Positions 8,242 to 16,865 of a stretch of 31,348 bases of DNA are shown here, one piece after another. The position numbers and the translations under genes were made by a program. The notes beneath the pieces were generated by a model. The model made no database searches and was not told the DNA's origin. It saw nothing but the letters and a program-made list of their open reading frames with translations. This DNA comes from an uncultured Candidatus Bathyarchaeia archaeon (lineage in GTDB: Archaea > Thermoproteota > Bathyarchaeia > 40CM-2-53-6 > JALHTG01): the NCBI GenBank assembly GCA_964521355.1, contig CAZFRJ010000001.1:1-31348 (forward strand). The letters run 5' to 3'. Position 1 is the stretch's first letter; every line of letters begins with the position of its first letter.

Positions 8242-9180
8242 CTACTCTCCGACTTTTGACACGCGTTCGAGTGCTGAAGCGACTATTAGCGGAAAGCATA
8301 TGATAACATCGCCTATGACAGTTACACACTTGGCTCCTTGTCGGATCTTGCCCCAGCTTATGGCCTCCTCCAAATATGCACCGCTGAGGCTGCCTGCCTC
8401 TGGCCGGTCCATCGTGACTTGGATCGCCAGATCAACTCCCTCTCTCAAGATATTAGCCATCAAAACATGATGCTTGGGGCTACCTCCTCCCAAGATTATT
8501 GCTGCAGATTTCTTCGCCTCCAGTCCTAGCTGCATCAGTCGCTTCAAGTCTTGGAGCGGGTCAATGGCGAGGGGCTTCGTCTGGCCATAAGTCCAAAGGT
8601 TCAGTCCAACCATCGAGTCAAGAAATCCCGGCGAGAAGATAGGAACATTCCGGTTTCTGCACTTCGTCAATATCGATGAGGGGTCGTCCAGTTTGGCTGC
8701 GATCTGACTGAAGAGATCTTGGAGGGTCAGATGTCGTCTTTTGTCTTCCGGGAACTCATCTAAGGCTTGAAAGACGAGTCTCTCCAAGGCCTCGAACGCT
8801 TGTAGCTGGACGTAGATATCTCCGATCCTTCCGACCCCGTCCCTACGGAGCTGTGGATCGTCAGCAGAGAGAGATCCAATAAAATGTCGATACCCCAATG
8901 CCTCTATGATGTCGTGTACAATGTTGGCTCCTGTGGTTACGATGGCGTCGACGAATCCTCGATCAACAAGATCTGCAAGGATTTGCCGTAATCCTCCCGC
9001 AACGAGTGGCCCGGCCAAAGACAGAAATACAGTGTGCTCTGTGTCAGAGAACATTTCGGTCAGTATTCTAGCGGCCTGCCCGATTCTTCCAGCTCCAAGG
9101 ATTCCACAGGCATCCATCTGCTGGACGAGCTGGTTCACTGTCATGTGCGGTTGGACTCGCATCTGCTCTACAGTTTTCAT
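8242..9180 (-). CDS. dys: Deoxyhypusine synthase
   Basis: FLSLAGPLVAGGLR, IVTTGANIVHD, GGGSPKHH, DRPEAGSLSGAYLEEAISWGK (catalytic Lys); adjacent to eIF5A; alternative GTG at 9189. Confidence 0.96.
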   Translation of the reverse strand: MKTVEQMRVQPHMTVNQLVQQMDACGILGAGRIGQAARILTEMFSDTEHTVFLSLAGPLVAGGLRQILADLVDRGFVDAIVTTGANIVHDIIEALGYRHFIGSLSADDPQLRRDGVGRIGDIYVQLQAFEALERLVFQALDEFPEDKRRHLTLQDLFSQIAAKLDDPSSILTKCRNRNVPIFSPGFLDSMVGLNLWTYGQTKPLAIDPLQDLKRLMQLGLEAKKSAAIILGGGSPKHHVLMANILREGVDLAIQVTMDRPEAGSLSGAYLEEAISWGKIRQGAKCVTVIGDVIICFPLIVASALERVSKVGE

Positions 9181-9230
9181 ATTGCCCACTAATCCATACT
9201 TCTTGGACAGTTAGATGAGGTGCTATAAGT

Positions 9231-9626
9231 CTAAGACTTTATTCTAACGATCTTGTTTCTGCCGAGCATCCGCCAGAACTCGACTTCTTGGCCAGGAGCG
9301 ATTTTTGCTCCTAGCTCTTCCTCACTGGGAAGAGGTGTGTCAAACATCTCATAGGTTTCCACATCCATTAGCTGGATGGTATCTCCCGTCTGTGAGATCA
9401 CCTGCGCTGTCTTCTTCTCTATGATTGGAACGTCAAGCTTTCCATCGACAGGGCTGATCACCGTTTTCTTGTTATTCGTGAAGACTCCTATCGCAACGAT
9501 TCTTGCCTTTGCCGCTCCATGTTTTCCCGGCTTGCTCTTCTCATACTCCACTATCTTGCAGGGCTCATCATCTATGACGACGTATTGACCGATCTTGATC
9601 GAGCCCACATCTACTGGTCTACTCAA
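9231..9626 (-). CDS. eif5a: Translation initiation/elongation factor aIF5A
   Basis: KSKPGKHGAAKARI hypusination loop; TTG at 9626 preceded by SD-like GGTGAAGAGG. Confidence 0.97.
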   Translation of the reverse strand: MSRPVDVGSIKIGQYVVIDDEPCKIVEYEKSKPGKHGAAKARIVAIGVFTNNKKTVISPVDGKLDVPIIEKKTAQVISQTGDTIQLMDVETYEMFDTPLPSEEELGAKIAPGQEVEFWRMLGRNKIVRIKS

Positions 9627-9714
9627 CCTCTTCACCGGCCCGATCACTCTAGGCATCGAATCAAATCTAAAAAGGCTTGCCACCATACGAGACAGCGAGC
9701 GAACCCACTGCAGG

Positions 9715-9722
9715 TTTATAAC
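9715..9722. promoter_or_regulatory. Putative TATA box in the eif5a/nadK divergent region
   Basis: TTTATAAC ~36 nt upstream of the nadK TTG. Confidence 0.45.
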
Positions 9723-9757
9723 AAAACGAACTGATAGTAAGGGCTGGTGCTGCGTCA

Positions 9758-10615
9758 TTGATCAAGAGAATCGGCGTGGTTTCGAGGCTCGACGATAGTG
9801 AAGCTTTGGAGACTGCAGCCGATCTCTTCAAGTTCATACTTGGCAAGCGCCTTGTTGGAATACCTGAAGAAGAGTTCGCAAGACTGAAACGCCTTGGCGG
9901 TGGAAAGCCTCTCTCCGAAATGAAGGCCGACCTGATAGTCACGGTTGGGGGTGACGGAACGGTTCTGAAGACTTCCATGCTCATTCCTGAAGCTGACACG
10001 CCGATCCTAGCAGTAAATATGGGAAGGCGAGGATATCTGACTGAAGTGTTGCCTGAACAGGGAAGGGAAGCCATCAGCGATTGCCTGAAAGGAAGAGTCA
10101 GACTGGAGGAACACATGAAGCTCTCCGTGGTTCACGGTAGTGGCGCTAGCATCGACGGCCTGAATGAGGCGTTATTCGTGCCCGCTCTTCCCCACAAGAT
10201 GATAGCTCTCAACATAAAGGTTGGAGGACACGACCTTGTCGATTGTCGTGCTGACGGATTGATTGTAGCTACGCCCACCGGCTCTACGGCGCATGCCTTC
10301 TCGGCCGGAGGACCTGTATTGGACCCCTCACTAGAAGCATTCGTGTTGGTGTTCATTTGCCCCGTAGACCCAGTCCACCCTGTGGTTGTTCCAGCGAGGA
10401 AAGAGATCTCGATCAAGTTGAGCAATGCAACCTCCCGAGCTTCCGTTATCGTTGATGGAAGACATCGCCAAGACCTTGCGCCGGGGAAATCGATTTTGAT
10501 AAAGAAATCGAAGCGTAAGGCGGTATTCGTCCGGTTTGACCGGCCAAGGATCAAGAGAAGCTTGGTACGCTTTCCAGCTGTGGAGATAGGAAGAAGTGAG
10601 AGTGCTGGTCCTTGA
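9758..10615 (+). CDS. nadK: NAD(+) kinase
   Basis: VGGDGT, AVNMGRRGYL, LNE, DGLIVATPTGSTAHAFSAGGP. Confidence 0.95.
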   Translation: MIKRIGVVSRLDDSEALETAADLFKFILGKRLVGIPEEEFARLKRLGGGKPLSEMKADLIVTVGGDGTVLKTSMLIPEADTPILAVNMGRRGYLTEVLPEQGREAISDCLKGRVRLEEHMKLSVVHGSGASIDGLNEALFVPALPHKMIALNIKVGGHDLVDCRADGLIVATPTGSTAHAFSAGGPVLDPSLEAFVLVFICPVDPVHPVVVPARKEISIKLSNATSRASVIVDGRHRQDLAPGKSILIKKSKRKAVFVRFDRPRIKRSLVRFPAVEIGRSESAGP

Positions 10616-11123
10616 TACTTCAGCATTCCTTATGGGTTTCAATCCTCTTTCGGTAGCTCTCAAGGTATTTACGGTACCTGCAGTCGAGCAGGAACTCTCT
10701 GCGACGAGCATGGCTATGGTCCGTTTTTCTACGGCACGTGACTCAGGCAGGCTTGATGTGAGAAGGCCTACCGATTCCTCCCGGTCACGCGTCAAGGAGG
10801 AGTCATTGAAGTTGGGAGAACAGCTGGTGCTCTCGCAGGCTGATTCTGAGATTCTGGCGTTGGCACTTGATCTCAAGGATTGCGGTCTAGAACCGGTCAT
10901 AGTGAGCGACGACTATGCAGTTCAGAACATTGCAGAGACGCTTTCCGTTGCATATGCTTCGCTTGCAACCTTCGGGATATCATATGAGTTCAACTGGATT
11001 TCCTATTGTCCCGCTTGTTTCAGGCGCTATCCTCAGACTCCTACCTGCACTGAGTGCCCGGTTTGTGGAACCACGCTGAAGAGGAAGGTTTTAAGAAAGC
11101 TTGAGGCAAAGAAGAAGCTCTAG
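10596..11123 (+). CDS. nob1: Nob1-like PIN-domain rRNA maturation endonuclease with C-terminal Zn ribbon
   Basis: VLDTSAF, LSQADSEILALALDL, SDDYAVQNIA, CPAC...CPVCG. Confidence 0.92.
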   Translation: MRVLVLDTSAFLMGFNPLSVALKVFTVPAVEQELSATSMAMVRFSTARDSGRLDVRRPTDSSRSRVKEESLKLGEQLVLSQADSEILALALDLKDCGLEPVIVSDDYAVQNIAETLSVAYASLATFGISYEFNWISYCPACFRRYPQTPTCTECPVCGTTLKRKVLRKLEAKKKL

Positions 11124-11132
11124 GAGATTTGT

Positions 11133-11747
11133 TTGCGGTCACTTACCCAACTGATCAAGAAGGCGCAAGAACTCAAGTCGAGAGGGCTTACCACTCAAGA
11201 GATTTCCGAGGAGTTGAAGGTTCAAGCTGACACAGTTGTCTGGCTTCTTCTTCGCGGAAAGGAGCGACTAAGAAGGCCAGTGCCGATCGACCTTTTCGTT
11301 GACTGGAGTCACATAGGGTCAAACGCTCGTCGTCTCTCTCTCGCGGGCTGGGCACTGGCCGATTTGGCCCGAGAATCGATCAAGAACGAAGAATTTGAGG
11401 CGCCTGATGCTGTCGTCGCAATTGAAGGAAGCGGCATGGTTCTAGGAATGGCTGTGGCAGAACAGCTTGAGAAGCCCTTTGCCGTAGTTAGGCCTCAACG
11501 CATTGCCGATAGGAAGCTGTCGGGAGCAATCAATCCATCGTTTGCGTCCATCGACAACAAGAAAGTGTTGGTGGTTGATGCGGTGCTTATGGAGGGTGAA
11601 ACAGTCAAGGCTGCAGTTCAGACTGCTCGAAGTGTCAGAGCAAAACCTACTGGCATAGTCGTGCTCATAAACAAGAGCAATCAAGACACCATAGACGGGG
11701 TTCCATTGAGAGCGTTAATCCAGCTACTCAGCATGGCAAGGAGTTAA
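11133..11747 (+). CDS. Orotate phosphoribosyltransferase-like regulator (GfcR/PyrE2 family)
   Basis: N-terminal HTH LIKKAQELKSRGLTTQEISEELKVQADTVVWLL; DWSHIG; PRTase fold with degenerate PRPP loop VVDAVLMEGET. Confidence 0.85.
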   Translation: MRSLTQLIKKAQELKSRGLTTQEISEELKVQADTVVWLLLRGKERLRRPVPIDLFVDWSHIGSNARRLSLAGWALADLARESIKNEEFEAPDAVVAIEGSGMVLGMAVAEQLEKPFAVVRPQRIADRKLSGAINPSFASIDNKKVLVVDAVLMEGETVKAAVQTARSVRAKPTGIVVLINKSNQDTIDGVPLRALIQLLSMARS

Positions 11748-12955
11748 TCTCTCTTCGTGAGCTTCGCCACAAAGTAGCCTGAGTCATGGAGCTGGGGATG
11801 GAATCTTTGGGTGAGCCTCCCTTCTGGCAGTGGAGTATCAAACCCTGGTGAGCCAAGCATCAAGTCCTGCTTCTCCACCTCTAGCCCGCACTCGTCAACG
11901 GCAAACCTGACGTTTTCCTCACATTCAGGCAAAGTCATAGTGCAGACACTGTAGACCAGGGTTCCTCTTGGACGAAGTATCTTGGAAGCGGTTTTCAGAA
12001 ATTGCCTCTGATATCGAGAGAGTGCTAGGATTTCCTCCTGTGAAGTGTATTCATATGTCTTAGGCGTGACTCCCAAGGCAGAGCACGGCGGATCCACCAA
12101 GCATCTGTCAGCAACAAGTTCCGGAAAGTCCATATCCAGATATCTCGCATCATGGGTGATCAGCCCCACTCCATGACAACCGAGCCGCTGAAGGTTCTCC
12201 CTAGTGAGAGCAATCTTCCTTTCGTTCCGGTCGACCCCGATCGTTCTTGCAAGTCCTTTCGTGATCTGGCAAATATGCGAGAGCTTGCCTCCTGGCGCAC
12301 AAGTGAGATCAACTATCGTCTCACCGGGCTGTGGGTCTAAGACTCTGGTTGTCAGAATTGCTGGCAAAGACTGAGGATACACAAGGCCCTGCTCGTACTC
12401 TGGCATTTCTCTGAGGCTTGGAACTCTGAATAGGGGAAAGACAACCTCAATGGCAAGTCCTCGTCGAAGGGTCAATATGCTGTTTTCGCTCATTTGGGCG
12501 ATGCCGGCGCCCACGATCTGGCCTTGATCATCACTGATCGAAACTTTGTCGCCTTTCCTCAAGCCCTGACATTTTCTAATGCCCGGGGCGTAGACATGTG
12601 CGCCCTGCAAGACCGACTCGGCTGTGAATTTGTCTACGACGATCTTCTTAGCGAAATCCTGAGTAGATCTTGAGGTTTCAACTTCAAAGTAGAGTGCCTC
12701 ATCAATGAGCGGATGCTTATGTACCTGCAGACCTCTCGTCTCAAACTGCTTTGCAATGTGATCTCCAGTCGTCTTCAGAGTGTTCACTCGAAAATAGTAG
12801 TGCCGTCCCGGCCGTTTTAGCGATTGGATCACTTTGACAAGATCGTCGCCGTAGACTCTTTCCAGTTCTGAGAGTGTGTCCAATGAAAAATGGAATCTTT
12901 TCGCCAGCGCCTCCAACGGGGGCATTCCTGCGCTCTCGTTACTCGCTGATTCCAA
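11744..12955 (-). CDS. PUA-domain RsmB/NOP2-family RNA m5C methyltransferase (archaeal NSUN6-like)
   Basis: PUA: ESVLQGAHVYAPGI; QSLPAILTTRVLDPQPGETIVDLTCAPGGK; DPPCSALG; YSVCT; QRFHP. Alternative ATG at 12925. Confidence 0.9.
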   Translation of the reverse strand: MESASNESAGMPPLEALAKRFHFSLDTLSELERVYGDDLVKVIQSLKRPGRHYYFRVNTLKTTGDHIAKQFETRGLQVHKHPLIDEALYFEVETSRSTQDFAKKIVVDKFTAESVLQGAHVYAPGIRKCQGLRKGDKVSISDDQGQIVGAGIAQMSENSILTLRRGLAIEVVFPLFRVPSLREMPEYEQGLVYPQSLPAILTTRVLDPQPGETIVDLTCAPGGKLSHICQITKGLARTIGVDRNERKIALTRENLQRLGCHGVGLITHDARYLDMDFPELVADRCLVDPPCSALGVTPKTYEYTSQEEILALSRYQRQFLKTASKILRPRGTLVYSVCTMTLPECEENVRFAVDECGLEVEKQDLMLGSPGFDTPLPEGRLTQRFHPQLHDSGYFVAKLTKRD

Positions 12956-12961
12956 TCGAGA

Positions 12962-13465
12962 TTAGAGTCGTAAGATTTCCACTCGTCTGCTTTCAGTATC
13001 CACTGTGGCGATTGTGGATTCTCCGCTGAGGTATCCGCAGACCTCACCGGGGTTGATAATGAGAGTTCCGCCTGAGATATACGATTTTGCTTCATGAGTA
13101 TGCCCGCAAACAATTAGATGATAGTACTGGCTTCTAATCAGAGAGTTGAGTAAGTCGAGTTCACTTCCGTGGGTCAAGGCAACTCTCAATCCGTCCGCTT
13201 CAACTTCTGCGAAGTTTCCACGAACCTCCTTTCCGATTTCAGCGAACCTCTTTCTCAAGACTTCCTTTTCAGCATCATTGTTTCCATAGATCGCTATCAT
13301 TGACGCTTTTAGGTCGCTGAAGGATCTTGGAACAAAAGGGCTTATGATGTCTCCGGCGTGGAGAACGAGTGATACCTTGGCCCGATTTAATACTTCGACT
13401 GCCCTTCTGATCATGGGTAAGTTGTCATGTGTGTCCGATATCGCTCCGATGAGCAAGCCATTCAC
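12962..13465 (-). CDS. YfcE/MJ0936-family metallophosphoesterase
   Basis: ISDTHDN, HAGD, YGNND, THG, GHTH, NPGE. Confidence 0.93.
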   Translation of the reverse strand: MNGLLIGAISDTHDNLPMIRRAVEVLNRAKVSLVLHAGDIISPFVPRSFSDLKASMIAIYGNNDAEKEVLRKRFAEIGKEVRGNFAEVEADGLRVALTHGSELDLLNSLIRSQYYHLIVCGHTHEAKSYISGGTLIINPGEVCGYLSGESTIATVDTESRRVEILRL

Positions 13466-13511
13466 CGCTACCCAGATGCCTCGTCGGAGCTATATTGAGG
13501 TGTCGCAGACG

Positions 13512-13982
13512 CTACTTGCTGTTGATTCGAATGAGATCTTCTATGATCTCTGCGGCCAAGCGTTGTGCGGCTCTTGACGCTTCGTGGCTGAGGCCTCTAG
13601 TGAAATCTGTTCTTGGCTCTATTTCGACTCCGTATATCTTCACTCTCTTCGGCATACTCCTCGATGCGAAGCGCCTTCCGAGCTGATAGGCTGAGGCGAA
13701 GTTGAAGCGATGAGGCGCAGTAAAGTGCACCGTGTTCTCGAGCTGTTCCGGCTTAAGCCTTCGTATGGTTCCGACCTGACCTCTTGTCGCCACTGCGTCG
13801 ATTATTATCGCCCTATCGTACCCCATCATTTCCTCAATGAGTTCAATGCCACCTGCACTGACTTCTTTGATGTCGACGTTGGGGGTATGCGGCAGCTCTC
13901 TCCTCACCAACTCGGCTACGTGGTTTCCCACGCCGTCGTCGCCTAGAAGAGTATTGCCAACACCGATGACGACAGTCTTCAG
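13512..13982 (-). CDS. hycI: [NiFe]-hydrogenase maturation protease (HyaD/HycI family), probable CTG start
   Basis: The frame extends upstream of the track ORF to CTG-KTVVIGVGNTLLGDDGVG; also IIIDAV, TAPHRFN, IYGVEIE. The CTG overlaps the mvhA TGA. Confidence 0.93.
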   Translation of the reverse strand: MKTVVIGVGNTLLGDDGVGNHVAELVRRELPHTPNVDIKEVSAGGIELIEEMMGYDRAIIIDAVATRGQVGTIRRLKPEQLENTVHFTAPHRFNFASAYQLGRRFASRSMPKRVKIYGVEIEPRTDFTRGLSHEASRAAQRLAAEIIEDLIRINSK

Positions 13983-15454
13983 AGGCGCCTCATCCTCTTG
14001 ATCAGCTTCTTCTCCGGGCTGTAGATGTCTATCTCAAGTGGCATCTTTCCCGGCAAGGTGTGTGTCGCGCATGCTAGACATGGGTCATAGGCCCTGAAGG
14101 CCATCTCGACCATGTTCAGAACTTCGCCGTCGGCCTTCCCTTTTCTGATCAGGCTTTGGGCTGCTCTCTTGACGGACATGCATATCCCGGCGTGGTTATG
14201 CGTTGTTGCGACTATCAGGTTGACTGCTTGCATAATTCCCTCTGGATCAGTCCTGTAATGGTGAATCAACGTTCCTCTGGGCGCCTCAATTGCCCCAACG
14301 CCTTCTTTCGGGGTCGCAGTTGGGATGGTTCTCACTTTGTCGCTTCTCACGTCAGGATCCTGAGCCAGCTCCAACAGCCTCTCACTTGCATAGAGCGTCT
14401 CGATGACTCTGGCCCAATGATATGCCAGAGTCTCGTGAGCAGGTCTTCTCAGAATCTCGAACATCTTCTCATAGGCGGCCTGAGCCAACGGAGTTGCGAT
14501 TCCGTCTGCAACATTGAAGCGGGCTAGGGGGCCGACTCTGTAGACGCCGCTGTCCTTTCCTTCAGTCAGACCTTTCCAACCAACATTCTTGAGGTATGGA
14601 AACTTGAGGTAGGTCCATGACTCCACATGCTCCGAGAGATGTTTGAGGTATTCTCTCGGTTCGAATAAGGCAAACTGGCCTCCCTCCGGATCGATTATCC
14701 TTAATCGTCCGTCGTATAGGTTCATCTTTCCATGGTCGTCCACCATACCCATGTAGAATGTTCGAAGCCTATACGAGTCATCTGTGACCAAATCGAAGTG
14801 CTTCTTATTCTTCAAGACTGTGTCTTCGAAGATATCGACTGTGAACTTCGAGTGATCCAAAAGGAATTTGGCCATCTCCTGTATCTTTCCGCAGTCACTC
14901 TCGGAAAGCGGCCTTGAGACTCCTCCTGGAACTGCGAAAACCGGGTGAATGGCTCTGCCGCCCACTATTTCCTCTATTTCATGCGCATATCTCAGCGCTT
15001 TGAGGACATTGCGGCCTGCCTCCACACTTACCTTCTTCAGGACTCCTGCTATGTTTCTCTCCGACGGCGGTGCTCCCGGTCCTACGATGAAGTCTGGTCC
15101 TCCCAGTGCATAGAAGTGGGTTGAATGGTCGTGGACGAAGAATGCGCAGTAGCCCAGTTCCCTTATCTTCTTCGCGGCTTCCGGAGGATCAACACTGTAG
15201 ACCGCGTCCGCTGCCTTCGCTGAGGCAAGATGGTGGTTCCAAGGGCAGACACCACAGATCCTCGTGGTGATATTTGGCATTTCTTCGACTGGTCTTCCCT
15301 CACAGAACTTCTCAAATCCTCTGAGTTCCACAGTCTGGAAATATGCCTCGTCGACATCGCCTTTCTTGTCCAGGAGTATGTGGATCTTGGCGTGTCCCTC
15401 AAGTCTCGTGATAGGGTCAATCTTGATTAGTTTGGTCTTCTGCATGTTAGTCAC
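13979..15454 (-). CDS. mvhA: Group 3c [NiFe]-hydrogenase large subunit MvhA
   Basis: IDPITRLEGH, LRGFEKFCEGR, L1 RICGVC, EAPRGTLIHHY, L2 RAYDPCLACATH plus C-terminal extension. Confidence 0.96.
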   Translation of the reverse strand: MTNMQKTKLIKIDPITRLEGHAKIHILLDKKGDVDEAYFQTVELRGFEKFCEGRPVEEMPNITTRICGVCPWNHHLASAKAADAVYSVDPPEAAKKIRELGYCAFFVHDHSTHFYALGGPDFIVGPGAPPSERNIAGVLKKVSVEAGRNVLKALRYAHEIEEIVGGRAIHPVFAVPGGVSRPLSESDCGKIQEMAKFLLDHSKFTVDIFEDTVLKNKKHFDLVTDDSYRLRTFYMGMVDDHGKMNLYDGRLRIIDPEGGQFALFEPREYLKHLSEHVESWTYLKFPYLKNVGWKGLTEGKDSGVYRVGPLARFNVADGIATPLAQAAYEKMFEILRRPAHETLAYHWARVIETLYASERLLELAQDPDVRSDKVRTIPTATPKEGVGAIEAPRGTLIHHYRTDPEGIMQAVNLIVATTHNHAGICMSVKRAAQSLIRKGKADGEVLNMVEMAFRAYDPCLACATHTLPGKMPLEIDIYSPEKKLIKRMRRL

Positions 15455-16431
15455 TTCTTCAGAGCTTTCCGGTTGAGAATTGATGATGGAAGTGTGAACA
15501 TGTAGAACGTTCCCACCGGATCTTCGATCTCGTCGATGAGCGTTTTGACCTGTTCTTCACTCATCTGTTCCTCTCCTTCTAGGCCTAGTACTGAGCCGAG
15601 TGAAGCGATCATCTTGGCGCCTTGATCAATGGCTTTAGAGGTGGGTCCCATGCAGCCTCGGCAGGGCATGTTTACAGTGATGCATTTGGCTCCGCATCCC
15701 ATCCTTGTCGCCGGCCCTAAGCAGATTATTCCTTGATCCAAGAAGCATTTTTCTTGGTCGGGGATAGTATTGGAGATCCTGTGGATTTTCGGGATCTTCT
15801 TCTCTTGTCGCTTTCTTTGACATTCGTCGCATAGGATTCTGTTCGGAGCAAGCGTCGCCCCTTTCTGTGGCAGTTTTCCTTCTAGAATTGCTTCAACCGC
15901 TTTGTCGACTAGAGCTGTTTCTGGGGGGCATCCCGGGAGGAAGTAGTCTACATCAACGTAGTCATGGAGACATTGGACTGTGTCGAACTTTCTTGGAAGG
16001 TGAAGCGAATAATCGCTAACAGTTGTTTCTGGAATTGGTTCCTTGGAGTCCGGGTTATCCGAGCTAGGTGTCTCCTTATAGACAGTTGCCAGTAACTGTT
16101 TGGTTGTCGTAAGGTTCGCAAGGCCCGGTACGCCGCCATGGCAGGCGCAGGCGCCAAATGCAATCACGGTCTTTGCCTTTTTTCTCAGTAGTTGAGCTAT
16201 CTCCTTGTTTTCTTCGTTGGCGATTGAGCCATGGTAGAGGCAGAGGTCGATGCTGCCGTCTGGGAGTTGCTGAAGTTCTTCAAGCTTCTGATCGGAAGCT
16301 GTAGGCCAGAATACGATCTCGAAAGCCTTGAGTAGATCTGTCAGTTTCTCAGCTAAGTCGACTATGGCCATGTCACAGCCGGAGCATGTTGCACCTAGGC
16401 CGATAGCCAATTTGAGTTTCGTTTGGCTCAT
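15451..16431 (-). CDS. mvhG: [NiFe]-hydrogenase small subunit MvhG
   Basis: CSGCD, FGACACHGGVPG, PGCPP, CDECQR, CFLDQGIICLGPATRMGCGAKC..NMPCRGC; ATG at 16431 (the track ORF is over-extended). Confidence 0.95.
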   Translation of the reverse strand: MSQTKLKLAIGLGATCSGCDMAIVDLAEKLTDLLKAFEIVFWPTASDQKLEELQQLPDGSIDLCLYHGSIANEENKEIAQLLRKKAKTVIAFGACACHGGVPGLANLTTTKQLLATVYKETPSSDNPDSKEPIPETTVSDYSLHLPRKFDTVQCLHDYVDVDYFLPGCPPETALVDKAVEAILEGKLPQKGATLAPNRILCDECQRKRQEKKIPKIHRISNTIPDQEKCFLDQGIICLGPATRMGCGAKCITVNMPCRGCMGPTSKAIDQGAKMIASLGSVLGLEGEEQMSEEQVKTLIDEIEDPVGTFYMFTLPSSILNRKALKK

Positions 16432-16436
16432 TGTTT

Positions 16437-16865
16437 TCAACTCGCTTTGAGGGGGTTCGGGCCTAGGGCTCGAATCTGCTCTGTGAATTCGTTTACGACT
16501 CTGGCGAACTTGTCCGCCTCTGAAGCAGAGATCCATTCGAGCCTTACGCGTTCTCGCTCTATGCCTAGTTGATCGAGAAGTTTGAGGAGCAGATAGTATC
16601 TTCTCCGCGCCTTGAGATTTCCGGTCAGATAGTGGCAGTCGCTTGGGGGATGGCATCCCGCTATGAGCACCCCGTCTGCGCCGTTCTTGAGCGCAGTCAA
16701 TATGAAGCGGGGGTCAACTCGTCCACTACACATTACGCGTATGATTCTCAGGTTGGGGGAATACTGAATTCTGCTTGTCCCTGCTAGATCGGCTCCAGCG
16801 TAGGAGCACCAATTGCAGAGGAAACCGAGTATGTAGGGCTCGAATCTACTTGCCATATCGCTCAC
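16437..16865 (-). CDS. mvhD: [2Fe-2S] subunit MvhD
   Basis: FLCNWCSYAGADLAG, RVMCSGRVD, AGCHPPSDCHY, LEWISASE. Confidence 0.97.
   Translation of the reverse strand: MSDMASRFEPYILGFLCNWCSYAGADLAGTSRIQYSPNLRIIRVMCSGRVDPRFILTALKNGADGVLIAGCHPPSDCHYLTGNLKARRRYYLLLKLLDQLGIERERVRLEWISASEADKFARVVNEFTEQIRALGPNPLKAS

Noticed and set aside
10270-10310. NAD kinase STAH instead of STAY
   Set aside because: From recollection, His at this position also occurs in other TACK NAD kinases; not clearly unusual.
9667-10900. Long antisense ORFs (9667-10116, 10132-10626, 10331-10900) and similar ones such as 23286-23723
   Set aside because: They are shadow frames opposite well-supported genes, have Ser/Arg-rich composition and show no recognisable motifs.
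16432-16656. 75-aa N-terminal extension of MvhG in the ORF track (similar extensions for eIF5A 9627-9758 and KorA 21369-21443)
   Set aside because: The MvhG and KorA extensions overlap the neighbouring mvhD and korD genes in another frame, and the eIF5A extension spans the divergent promoter gap. Homology starts at downstream starts (SD-supported for eIF5A and KorA).
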